Numbered from the whole stretch's first letter, positions 1 through 9,749 are shown. The stretch: DNA of 63,205 nt, filler included, from Pelomyxa schiedti (GCA_020536535.1; 10 parts of 10 records of this genome joined end to end with filler, not necessarily neighbours in it); one strand, 5' to 3'. Translations and numbers: made by a program. Notes: generated by a model from the letters alone, not told the origin.

Positions 1-48
1 ACCCCGCGGGTTGGCAACAACAGGAGGAGTGGTGACCATCAACAACAA

Positions 49-161
49 CAATTCCAGAGTTGTTTGATGGTGGGCCCTGCGATGGGCGCAGCAGCTGGTG
101 ACACTGTGCCTGGATGCTGAACCAACGCAGCAGCGCCCACCATCAAACAACTCTGGAATTG
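49..161. repeat. Inverted repeat/hairpin with 27-bp perfect arms (49-75 and 135-161) and imperfect inner and outer extension
   Basis: caattccagagttgtttgatggtgggc (49-75) is the exact reverse complement of gcccaccatcaaacaactctggaattg (135-161); inner ctgcgatgg pairs with ccaacgcag with one mismatch. Confidence 0.95.
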
Positions 162-413
162 CTTGTCCATGGAAACATAACGTTAATGTTTTAAATCGTC
201 ATCACCATGAGCGAGAACAGGTTGGTGTGGGCATTGAATTCGATTGTAATGCATAAAAGGTCCACACCCTTGACATCAAGAACTTCGTTTGTGTACTTTT
301 CACATCAAGATGAAACCACGAAAAGACAACGCCGGCTTGCAGTGGTGCGCACGTTCGTTCAGGTTTTTCGCTTAACAAAACTGAGGTTTCCAAACACACA
401 AAACAAAGGGAAA

Positions 414-2837
414 ATGATGGCTGATGGTGGTACCCCTGCTGATAGTAGTATCGAGAACTCTCACAGTTGTCGTGATTGTTTGATTGTGACGTGTTGCACC
501 AGATACGTGGATGTGATCCTGGCAATCTGCAGGTGTTAATTCTTTGGTTTTTTTTTTTTTTTAATGTGCGTTTGGATAGGAAACTGAATGGGAGGGAGAT
601 GCAACGACTGGCACTCACATGCAAAGCACTCTACAATTTCATTTGCACACAACCGTATTGTGACAAACTTTGGGCTCACTTGTGCTTGTCGGATTTCGGA
701 ATCATTCCTACTGTAACTGCTACTGAAACAAACGAACTCGCAGCAGAAAAAAGAGGAGGAATTGGAATTAGAATAGGTGAGGGAACAGGAACCACCACTG
801 GACGTGGCAAAGCCATTGTTGCATTCAACTCGACTCCAAGGGTGGCCTCCATTCCTTTCTCTTCAGTATCGTGAGCACAAAACGCCCACCCCATTTCAAC
901 ACCCAAAGCAGTATTCAAAATTACACCCACAGACACATGTTCCAATTTAATGCAAATGACACATCCCAGGACACCAGAGCAAGATGTTCATATGCTTGCA
1001 GACAATCGAATGGTAAATATTTGGGTGCAGAACAAATGTACCTATCCTGGTTTGTATCCGGAATCTTCTTTTTGTCAAGTTCACATGAGACACAGACAGT
1101 GAAGCATGTAAAATCGTTGCGCAAACACTGATTGAAAAGTGGTACGCCACATCAGAGACAAATGTGAACAAGATATTGTGCTGGTATTTCAGCCCTGCAT
1201 GGATCTCAATGCTTTGCTTTGAGGTTCGGGTTTCCTCACTCAATTTCTTTCCAAATTCGTGGATGTGTGTCGTTTCTCACCTCAAAAAACCAACAAACAA
1301 ATATATGCACAGTTGGAGACAGAAACGGATGCTGATTGCTTTTACAAATGGATTGACGGTGACAAGGGATTGTTGTCATCATTCTCCAACGAAAACTGGT
1401 CCGTGGAATTGCGTGAAAAAGGGTGTGTGTCCCTCTCTGTCTCTTACTCTGGCCTTCTTTCCTCTTGTGTGAAAGGGGTTCCATGCACCACACCACGCCA
1501 TTCAATGTTAACACAACCCAAACATCGTTTGCATTTGCATGTATCAATATCATTCATATCAGGTGTGGCACACCTTACATGTTGCAGCGTTATGGATTGG
1601 TTCGCCAGCATATTGTTGACCAAAATAGATTTCCAATCCGTTGCAGTGGTACTGCTGGTCCATCAATACATTACTCCCACTCCTCACCCACTACTCTCTT
1701 CTCAGAGTCGATTTTACAGAGGTCACCATTCATGTGGAGCAAAGTTTATTCCAATCTGTCTGCACTTTCTTCTTCATTACCTGGTTTGACGCTTACTTCT
1801 CCCACACATCACCAACTTTCTTTCAGAACAACACAGCCTCTTTGTGAAGTGTGAAAATAGAAAACCAGCAGCAGTGAACCGGAAAAAGGCTGGTCTTATG
1901 GAAGAGTGCCGGCCCGGCCCATGTGCCTCATTGCTTGCAGTGATTGGCCTTTCTGGTTCCGGCAAGAGGACCTTGGTTGGCAAATTGCAGCAGATGTTTC
2001 CGTGTGTGGTTCTTGTTATTATTCTTTTATGCATTTTAAAAGTGACTGTGGGTGCGTCTGCTGTGAAACTCATTTCCCACACCAGACTAACGATCCAAAA
2101 AAAACAAAGGTATGACCCGTATACATGCTCCTTGTATCAGGAGGACAACAAAGACCGGCACCTGTCCATGGTTTACCTAAAAGAATCGGAGCATTTGTTC
2201 CTCACTGGAATCTACAACCTTGATGAATCGCGTGACCCAGGTTACCTTGAACTCATCCTTTCACAAGCGAACGCGGTAATCTTTGTGATTGACTGCCTCG
2301 ACATTGTATGTATTGTTGTTGTTGTTATTATTATTATTATTACTCTATCCTTCTTCCACGCACTCACAACAACGGCAAATTTCCACAGGAATCCAGCGTT
2401 CCGCTGTTGAGGGAGACACTCAAGAAACTATCATCTTCGTCATGCCGCAACATTCCCCTCGTTGTTGCGAACAACAGGTTTAAATAATTCTGACATTCCC
2501 GAAAACTCAGCCTTTGTCACGCAGATATGATCTGACACCCGCCGCATCAACAACACTCACCGGCACCACCACCAACAATACAAATAATGCAACACACATC
2601 ATCACACAGCTCATTTCATCATCATCGTCACCCTCGCCATCCAAAACAACCTCACCAACAACAAAATCCTCATCAGCAGCTACAACAAAACACCAAGCAG
2701 CACCAGACAACTGGGTTGTTGCCAGCACATCAGTGTTTGCACCTCAGTCACTCACCAGAATTATGACATGGCTCTCTGAGTGGTCCCCAAAGTTCGATTA
2801 TTCCAGAATATACCGCACACCGTGCTCAATATCCTGA
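414..2837 (+). CDS. Multi-exon F-box protein with a C-terminal degenerate Arf-like small-GTPase domain
   Basis: ATG at 414. The spliced N-terminus TRYVDVILAICR|KLNGREMQRLALTCKALYNF...LWAHLC fits an F-box. Later exons give LAVIGLSGSGKRTLVGKL (P-loop), ANAVIFVIDCLD, NIPLVVVANNR|YDL and WVVASTSVFAPQSLTRIMTWL (Arf-like order of elements). Stop TGA at 2835-2837. Confidence 0.7.
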
Positions 2838-3226
2838 TGGATNNNNNNNNNNNNNNNNNNNNNNNNNNNNNNNNNNNNNNNNNNNNNNNNNNNNNNNNNN
2901 NNNNNNNNNNNNNNNNNNNNNNNNNNNNNNNNNNNNNNNNNNCCAGCACATCAGTGTTTGCACCTCAGTCACTCACCAGAATTATGACATGGCTCTCTGA
3001 GTGGTCCCCAAAGTTCGATTATTCCAGAATATACCGCACACCGTGCTCAATATCCTGATGGATCACAAACACAACAAAAAAAAAGCATTGTGCTATTCAA
3101 ATTGCAAACACTTGGTGTGTTGGTTTTTGTTGTTATTGTTCTTGTGCAGTGTGCTCAGGACTGGTAGAGACAGGGCTTATGAGCGACAGATCAATTAAAA
3201 TAGTAGCCCCTTAAAAACCGAGACAC

Positions 3227-3283
3227 AACCCGAGTCGGAATTTTTAACCCAAGTCGGAATGTTAAACCCAAGTCGGTATCCTC
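3227..3283. repeat. Three tandem 19-bp repeats (AACCCAAGTCGGAAT core)
   Basis: aacccgagtcggaattttt / aacccaagtcggaatgtta / aacccaagtcggtatcctc, bracketed by the short inverted pair aaaccgag (3215-3222) and ctcggttt (3281-3288). Confidence 0.8.
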
Positions 3284-3570
3284 GGTTTCCGGTAATCTCC
3301 ATCAAAATTTGGCAGCATCAAATAACAACAGACCAGAACAGAATTATTTTTTCTCAATAAACGAAAAAGCCTTTGCTCCGCTGTCTTACCGACTTAACCG
3401 TAGGCAGACGGGCTACTCTAAGTAGACGTCTAAATAACTTTGTTCTCCTTATCAACGACTACGAAATTTGTAAACAATTTTTCGTCTCACCCGACGAAAG
3501 TTTTCGGCGACGGTAATTTTCGCAACGAAAGTTTCCCAACATACGGTACTGGAAGAAGGATTGATTCGGG

Positions 3571-5835
3571 TCAGTGAGTGCTGTTGATGTGGTGAGTGTC
3601 AATGACCCAGCACCGTGTGGATGATCCATAAATGGTGGGGCTGCATCCAGCAATGTCCTCCATTGTCACTTCAGGGAAGTGCCTCAGTATGAACTGTGCT
3701 GTGATTGGCGACTGGCACACAAGTGGAAGAAGCTTCTCTTTGATGTTGGTGGCTGTGATCCCTGGGAACACCTCCACCAACATCTTCATTGTGGCCAGGC
3801 CATCCCGAAAGGCATTCGTAAAGAGAGACTCCATAGGTTGCAGCTCATCAAATGTGAGGTGGAACTTATTGATGAGCCATTCTGCACAGCACTCATGCAA
3901 TATCGACATCAGTTGCACCATGAAGCTGTTGTTGCTGGCTGCGATTTGCTCACGCTCAAGATGGAAATGTGTGATCAGCCACTTGACTACTTTGCTGGAG
4001 CCAAAGTTCCCGATGCCAGCAAGGCACCTGGTGATTTCTGACTTGTTTCCCTTGATAATTCCACCCATCAATGTGGTGATCCTTGGGACTTGTTCAGGTT
4101 CCTGGTCAATGCCATTATTCAGGACAGAGGAGACGAGTTCCAACTTATTCTCTTCGGGGATCATCGATTGAAACTTCTCGAGCAGGAGGATGACAGCTTG
4201 CAACGACTTGAAATTTTTCACGTTGTCTTGCACGCTGTCCAGAACCAGCCGTGTTATCTGTTGTGGAGTGGCCGAGTGGAGATCCAAGTGATCAAGGAGC
4301 CACCCGATCCCCGCCGATTCCCTGCCGAACATAGGCATTGCTCTGCACACCCTGAAAATGAGGCGCACTGCCTTTGGGCCTCCTGCATTCCGCGCCAAGA
4401 TGTGGTGGGAATCATCCAGCCACCTCGCAATCGAGGTGTTGTCATTGGCCAACGCAGTGATGAACGAGAGGTCAATATCCTGTTGTGAAATCGCCGCACC
4501 CACACTCGTGTACAACCACTTCACCACCTGCATGCTGATGCTTCCCTTTCTGCCCTTGCAGGCCGCGATAAATAGCTCTGGTGTTGCTGTCAGGACAGGC
4601 TGGCTGCCACCAAAACCGTCCACAAGCAGGAACTTGAGAAACTCGAGTGCATTTCTCCTTTTGCAGTACCTCCCAGCAACATTAGTGCCGGGAATGATAT
4701 CGAATTCAGCCATCAACCACTTCAGTACGTCAACCCTCTTGATTCTGTAAAACTCAAGTTCCCCAAGAGGAAGGAGACTGGCAGGCAACTCGAGGTGCTC
4801 CCTCACGTATTTGCATATCTCCACACAGCTGTTGCTTTTTTTCCCCTCAAGGCAAGCAAAGAAGGTGATACCTATGGCAGAATCATTTACAAGCGGTGGA
4901 AACCTTTCAAAGCACCACTTGACAACCTCCAGGCTCTCGCTCTTACAGGCCTTGGCGTGGAATTCCATGCGCATGGTAGAGTATTCCCTGAACCTCTCCA
5001 GCAGGTTGAATGTGCCTGTCATCCACTGAGCCAGCTCCAGGTGGGCCCCTTCCAGTGCTGCACCAACTGGCCCTATGAACTCCCACGGTTCCCTGATATC
5101 GAACCTCTGGACAATCCACTTGGCCACTTCGTCCCATCCCTTCTTGCACACCCCTGTCAGGATTTGAGACGCCCTCACGTGGTCAGAGAGCTCCTGATTC
5201 CCACAATCAACAATGCCGCGGCTCTTCACCACCGCCGCCACCCCACTGGGTTCAGCTCCTCCCCCCCCTCCAACCACCGCTGCAGGAGGAGGAGACTCCA
5301 ACCAGGTGAGGCCAGGCCAATCGCCATCAACGAGCTTCTGGGCCATCGCCAAGTGTCCACCCACACACAAACCCCCAAGCACACACATGAACTCCTTGTT
5401 CCTCCTCCTCCTCCTGCTCACCATCGTCCCCCTCTTCTCCTCCCGCTGTCCAACAGCTTCCCCGCCTCCTCCTCGCTCCCCATCCCCATCCCCGCACCCT
5501 CCCGCCTCCTCGCTCCTCCTTGTGGCGAGCAGCCAGTCCGCGCACGATGTGCTCCCGGCCTGGGCCGCCGCCCTCAGCGCCGCGTGCCACTTGCTGCAGT
5601 GCGCCACCAGGGCCCTGCGAGCCACCCCGCGGAGCGGGAACATCGCCTCGGCCACCCCGCACAGCGCCGCCGCCTGCTTCAGGGTCATCGGCGGGTGCGG
5701 CCGGCGGCGGCGGGAGGGGGCTCTGAGATGGGGCACCAGCCACGCCACCACCCAGTCCCACACGACTCGCGACACCCACACGGCACGCGACAGCGCGGCC
5801 GCCCTCGGCGCATCCGCCGCGGCTGTGGCGTTCAT
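3571..5835 (-). CDS. Intronless 754-aa protein with degenerate ankyrin-like repeats
   Basis: Repeated motifs LGGLCVGGHLAMAQKLV, LTGVCKKGWDEVAKWIVQRF, AALEGAHLELAQWMTGTF, KACKSESLEVVKWCFERF, ITALANDNTSIARWL. The N-terminal SRVVWDWVVAWLVP motif is shared with the gene starting at 59657. Confidence 0.75.
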   Translation of the reverse strand: MNATAAADAPRAAALSRAVWVSRVVWDWVVAWLVPHLRAPSRRRRPHPPMTLKQAAALCGVAEAMFPLRGVARRALVAHCSKWHAALRAAAQAGSTSCADWLLATRRSEEAGGCGDGDGERGGGGEAVGQREEKRGTMVSRRRRRNKEFMCVLGGLCVGGHLAMAQKLVDGDWPGLTWLESPPPAAVVGGGGGAEPSGVAAVVKSRGIVDCGNQELSDHVRASQILTGVCKKGWDEVAKWIVQRFDIREPWEFIGPVGAALEGAHLELAQWMTGTFNLLERFREYSTMRMEFHAKACKSESLEVVKWCFERFPPLVNDSAIGITFFACLEGKKSNSCVEICKYVREHLELPASLLPLGELEFYRIKRVDVLKWLMAEFDIIPGTNVAGRYCKRRNALEFLKFLLVDGFGGSQPVLTATPELFIAACKGRKGSISMQVVKWLYTSVGAAISQQDIDLSFITALANDNTSIARWLDDSHHILARNAGGPKAVRLIFRVCRAMPMFGRESAGIGWLLDHLDLHSATPQQITRLVLDSVQDNVKNFKSLQAVILLLEKFQSMIPEENKLELVSSVLNNGIDQEPEQVPRITTLMGGIIKGNKSEITRCLAGIGNFGSSKVVKWLITHFHLEREQIAASNNSFMVQLMSILHECCAEWLINKFHLTFDELQPMESLFTNAFRDGLATMKMLVEVFPGITATNIKEKLLPLVCQSPITAQFILRHFPEVTMEDIAGCSPTIYGSSTRCWVIDTHHINSTH

Positions 5836-5940
5836 CTGTTGTTTTTTGATTTGATTTTATTTGTTTTTGATGTTCCCAGTGAAAGGCGCAACGACGCGCA
5901 TCAGTACTTTCGCCTAAGAAGCCTGATTTTACTGACAAAA

Positions 5941-6201
5941 CAAAGGCTGATGGTGGTTGCCTCGAGAACTCTCACGGTCGTGGTTGTTTGATTGTGACGT
6001 GTTGCACCAGATACGTGGATGTGGTACCGGCAATCTGCAGGTTTTTTTTTGTTTGTGACTCATAATTTTTTGTTTCCTGTTGCGTTTGGATAGGAAACTG
6101 AATGGGAAGGAAATGCAACGACTGGCACTCACATGCAAAGCACTCTACAATTTCATTTGCACACAACCATATTGTGACAAACTTTGGGCTCACTTGTGCT
6201 T
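5941..6201 (+). pseudogene. Second, truncated copy of the F-box gene's 5' end, apparently lacking its start codon
   Basis: Highly similar to about 404-687, including the first intron. The gaaaatgatg segment carrying the ATG is absent and there is no nearby in-frame ATG upstream. Cut by the contig end. Confidence 0.6.
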
Positions 6202-6301
6202 NNNNNNNNNNNNNNNNNNNNNNNNNNNNNNNNNNNNNNNNNNNNTTAATTAATTAANNNNNNNNNNNNNNNNNNNNNNNNNNNNNNNNNNNNNNNNNNN
6301 N
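6202..6301. other. Artificial contig linker (N-run with TTAATTAATTAA); identical linkers at 9750-9849, 11001-11100, 19014-19113, 23276-23375, 27534-27633, 39546-39645, 54184-54283 and 59767-59866
   Basis: Each is exactly 100 bp with a central six-frame stop cassette. Confidence 0.99.
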
Positions 6302-7176
6302 AGCAGTAAAGTATACCGACTTGATCACTGTGTTGTGTAAATCTCATCATACTTTAAGAATTGGAGGAACCTTGATTGCATGCTTCAGTTCCACTTGAGG
6401 TCTGAATTTAAGTAAGTACCACAGGAAAAAAAAGAAATCACAGTAGACCAGAATGATCCTATCGTCGTCTCGGCTATTCAATTGCGATCTCAGATCTCGC
6501 ATGCAATTAGACTCCTCCTCCCTGGCGGTTCTCGCGCCTTGATGGTCACCATCTATTCGGGCCTCAATATACAAATGTCACGAGGGAAGGTGGAACCAAC
6601 CAGAAGCGTAGTATTTATCATGAAAGTAAGGAACCATAGCATCAACAACAGATTGCTCCACACAACTCGTCGAAGCCTGTTAGATGCTTAAGTGAGGAAG
6701 ACTACAATCTTTGGTAAGGAATGAGGCACATACACTGTCCAAGTAGATCTTTCTTGTTGACTGTGCCATAGCTGCCAATTCTCTCTGTATCTTGACAATA
6801 AAAAAAAAAAAGAAATAAGTTGGCGTCTCAAATAATAAAAACCAAAACCGCGCAGGGCAATCCTGTCATCTTGTCATCTTGCGTCTGTGCTTTTTTTCCT
6901 GACCGTCTCTTGTAACAAAACCATTCGACACAAGAAGAATCATCAATGTTCGAAGTTTGCGTCTTCACTGTCGCCGAGAAATACTGCACGCTGTTATCAA
7001 TTCGGTTAAAAGTGAAAAACGTACAGAACGGAAACGTAGAGATACAAGGCGGTTGGCTACGTATGTATCAAGTTCCGCAGGCTGATTGGTTGGTGGGTGG
7101 GGATATATTGCCCTCAGAGGTGAAAACTTGTCTTCCAAACCTCATGTGCATTGAACGGTTCCAAGTGTTGAAGCAT
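6302..7176 (-). CDS. nifS: Divergent NifS/cysteine desulfurase-like (class V PLP enzyme) gene, 5' part; mirror copy in the left arm
   Basis: Exact reverse complement of the right-arm copy (8875-9749). Confidence 0.75.
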
Positions 7177-7344
7177 GTCGAATGAGTGACGGTGTGTAAC
7201 AATTTCGTTGGCAACAGTTGAAATTCCCAGGTCCTCTCAGTCATGTTTTGCACTCACACTGCCCCCGCCTTACTTGGGGTGCCACAACAGATACACACAA
7301 CTCCCACGCCACAATACAATGCAACTTCTTCACACATAACATTT

Positions 7345-7560
7345 GGCCCAAGCAAGCAAAAGCTCAAGCAAGCATTACTGCAAGCAAAAGCAAAAGCTCA
7401 AGCTCAAGCCAAAAAAGCAAAGCAAATACTGCACGCACTGCAAGCAAAAGCAAGCAAGCAAGAAAGCAAGAAAGCAAGCACTCAAAACTACTTCACGCAC
7501 ACACACACTGCAAGCAATACACAAGCAAAAGCAAGCAACACTACACAGTGCCAGCAAAAC
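7345..7560. repeat. Degenerate (GCAA)n/CAAGCAAAAG minisatellite; mirror copy at about 8491-8706
   Basis: caagcaagcaaaagctcaagcaagc...gcaagcaaaagcaagcaagcaagaaagcaag. It produces low-complexity A/K/Q/S ORFs in all three frames. Confidence 0.85.
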
Positions 7561-7982
7561 ACACCTTTTTTTTTTTTACGCAAAGGAATTAGAAATGTAC
7601 GTAGCGCAATGTTTCGTACGCATTCCCCGGTGTCGGCCGAACCAACTCTCACAACCCACCACACGATGTCGAGAAAGAATTTTTGTCGTATGATGAAAAA
7701 ATGAAAAAAAAAAACAGAAAATGCTCGCAGTTGCTAATTCTGAAAAATTAAATTAGCTTCGAGTTCCGAATATGAGATCCCACAGTTCCAAGAATCTACT
7801 TGTGTGTGTTGACAACCCCAGAAAAGGGCGGGTAGGGTTGTTATGTTTAGTCGTGTGGAGTATCCTAGCAGATAGGAGATCAGAGTCCTGAGTCTGGGAG
7901 CTAGGTTGGGAACCCACCCACACACTCCCTCCTTCTCTCAAACCACTCTCTGGGTGTCGGTGGGTCCTGAATGTGGTGTAGA

Positions 7983-8108
7983 AGTGAACTGAGTAAGTTG
8001 GTGTAAGCCAAAGTGAACTGGCGTAACCGGGGTAAACCGGACGGAGTATGCCTGAGTAAATCGGAGTAAACTGGAGCATTCCGGAGTATGCCCGAATACA
8101 GGGGGTAA
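7983..8108. repeat. Degenerate 10-bp periodic repeat (consensus about CCGGAGTAAA) in the palindrome spacer
   Basis: From 8041: acggagtatg / cctgagtaaa / tcggagtaaa / ctggagcatt / ccggagtatg / cccgaataca, with related units upstream. Confidence 0.8.
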
Positions 8109-8874
8109 TTTGAGAGAAGGAGGGAGTGTGTGGGTGGGTTCCCAACCTAGCTCCCAGACTCAGGACTCTGATCTCCTATCTGCTAGGATACTCCACACGA
8201 CTAAACATAACAACCCTACCCGCCCTTTTCTGGGGTTGTCAACACACACAAGTAGATTCTTGGAACTGTGGGATCTCATATTCGGAACTCGAAGCTAATT
8301 TAATTTTTCAGAATTAGCAACTGCGAGCATTTTCTGTTTTTTTTTTTCATTTTTTCATCATACGACAAAAATTCTTTCTCGACATCGTGTGGTGGGTTGT
8401 GAGAGTTGGTTCGGCCGACACCGGGGAATGCGTACGAAACATTGCGCTACGTACATTTCTAATTCCTTTGCGTAAAAAAAAAAAAGGTGTGTTTTGCTGG
8501 CACTGTGTAGTGTTGCTTGCTTTTGCTTGTGTATTGCTTGCAGTGTGTGTGTGCGTGAAGTAGTTTTGAGTGCTTGCTTTCTTGCTTTCTTGCTTGCTTG
8601 CTTTTGCTTGCAGTGCGTGCAGTATTTGCTTTGCTTTTTTGGCTTGAGCTTGAGCTTTTGCTTTTGCTTGCAGTAATGCTTGCTTGAGCTTTTGCTTGCT
8701 TGGGCCAAATGTTATGTGTGAAGAAGTTGCATTGTATTGTGGCGTGGGAGTTGTGTGTATCTGTTGTGGCACCCCAAGTAAGGCGGGGGCAGTGTGAGTG
8801 CAAAACATGACTGAGAGGACCTGGGAATTTCAACTGTTGCCAACGAAATTGTTACACACCGTCACTCATTCGAC

Positions 8875-9749
8875 ATGCTTCAACACTTGGAACCGTTCAA
8901 TGCACATGAGGTTTGGAAGACAAGTTTTCACCTCTGAGGGCAATATATCCCCACCCACCAACCAATCAGCCTGCGGAACTTGATACATACGTAGCCAACC
9001 GCCTTGTATCTCTACGTTTCCGTTCTGTACGTTTTTCACTTTTAACCGAATTGATAACAGCGTGCAGTATTTCTCGGCGACAGTGAAGACGCAAACTTCG
9101 AACATTGATGATTCTTCTTGTGTCGAATGGTTTTGTTACAAGAGACGGTCAGGAAAAAAAGCACAGACGCAAGATGACAAGATGACAGGATTGCCCTGCG
9201 CGGTTTTGGTTTTTATTATTTGAGACGCCAACTTATTTCTTTTTTTTTTTTATTGTCAAGATACAGAGAGAATTGGCAGCTATGGCACAGTCAACAAGAA
9301 AGATCTACTTGGACAGTGTATGTGCCTCATTCCTTACCAAAGATTGTAGTCTTCCTCACTTAAGCATCTAACAGGCTTCGACGAGTTGTGTGGAGCAATC
9401 TGTTGTTGATGCTATGGTTCCTTACTTTCATGATAAATACTACGCTTCTGGTTGGTTCCACCTTCCCTCGTGACATTTGTATATTGAGGCCCGAATAGAT
9501 GGTGACCATCAAGGCGCGAGAACCGCCAGGGAGGAGGAGTCTAATTGCATGCGAGATCTGAGATCGCAATTGAATAGCCGAGACGACGATAGGATCATTC
9601 TGGTCTACTGTGATTTCTTTTTTTTCCTGTGGTACTTACTTAAATTCAGACCTCAAGTGGAACTGAAGCATGCAATCAAGGTTCCTCCAATTCTTAAAGT
9701 ATGATGAGATTTACACAACACAGTGATCAAGTCGGTATACTTTACTGCT
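8875..9749 (+). CDS. nifS: Divergent NifS/cysteine desulfurase-like gene, 5' part, with an N-terminal extension; truncated by the contig end
   Basis: Removing GT-AG introns 8911-8969, 9027-9067, 9203-9260, 9318-9374, 9451-9498, 9603-9649 and 9681-9723 gives one open frame. It ends ...MAQSTRKIYLDSASTSCVEQSVVDAMVPYFHDKYYASDGDHQGARTAREEESNCMRDLRSQLNSRDDDRIILTSSGTEACNQVIKSVYFTA, matching the NifS/IscS N-terminus (IYLDxxATT...AMxPYF...IxTSxxTExxN). Start codon uncertain (8875, 9282 or further upstream). Confidence 0.75.

Larger units (their letters stand above)
6302..9749. repeat. Whole-contig palindrome: 1641-bp arms (6302-7942 and 8109-9749) around a 166-bp unique spacer
   Basis: Positions pair as x + y = 16051. 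Every ORF in the left arm recurs identically on the opposite strand in the right arm, and the contig ends are exact reverse complements. Confidence 0.98.

Noticed and set aside
2722-3063. Direct repeats flanking 100-N gaps (2722-2842, 26657-26777, 40794-40914 and 45935-46055, each repeated right after its gap)
   Set aside because: All four are exactly 121 bp and identical, the signature of an unmerged assembler overlap rather than biological duplication.
3227-3283. Short repeats here and at 8041-8100 as a CRISPR array
   Set aside because: The units are directly adjacent with no unique spacers, there are no cas genes, and the context is eukaryotic.
4795-5991. Long antisense or alternate-frame ORFs (398 aa here; also 34059-34984, 9867-10451 and 45494-47010)
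   Set aside because: Shadows of GC-rich or low-complexity coding sequence on the other strand; no domain signal.
6202-6301. Recurrent TTAATTAATTAA motif within N-runs, and any gene neighbourhood across it
   Set aside because: Synthetic six-frame-stop linker; adjacency across linkers has no biological meaning.
7218-7704. Overlapping K/Q/A/S-rich ORFs (histone H1-like appearance) and their mirrors at 8347-8833
   Set aside because: Open in all three frames because of the GCAA satellite; no evidence of coding constraint.
6302-9749. Palindrome as an rDNA unit
   Set aside because: No recognisable rRNA sequence; the arms encode a spliced protein gene.
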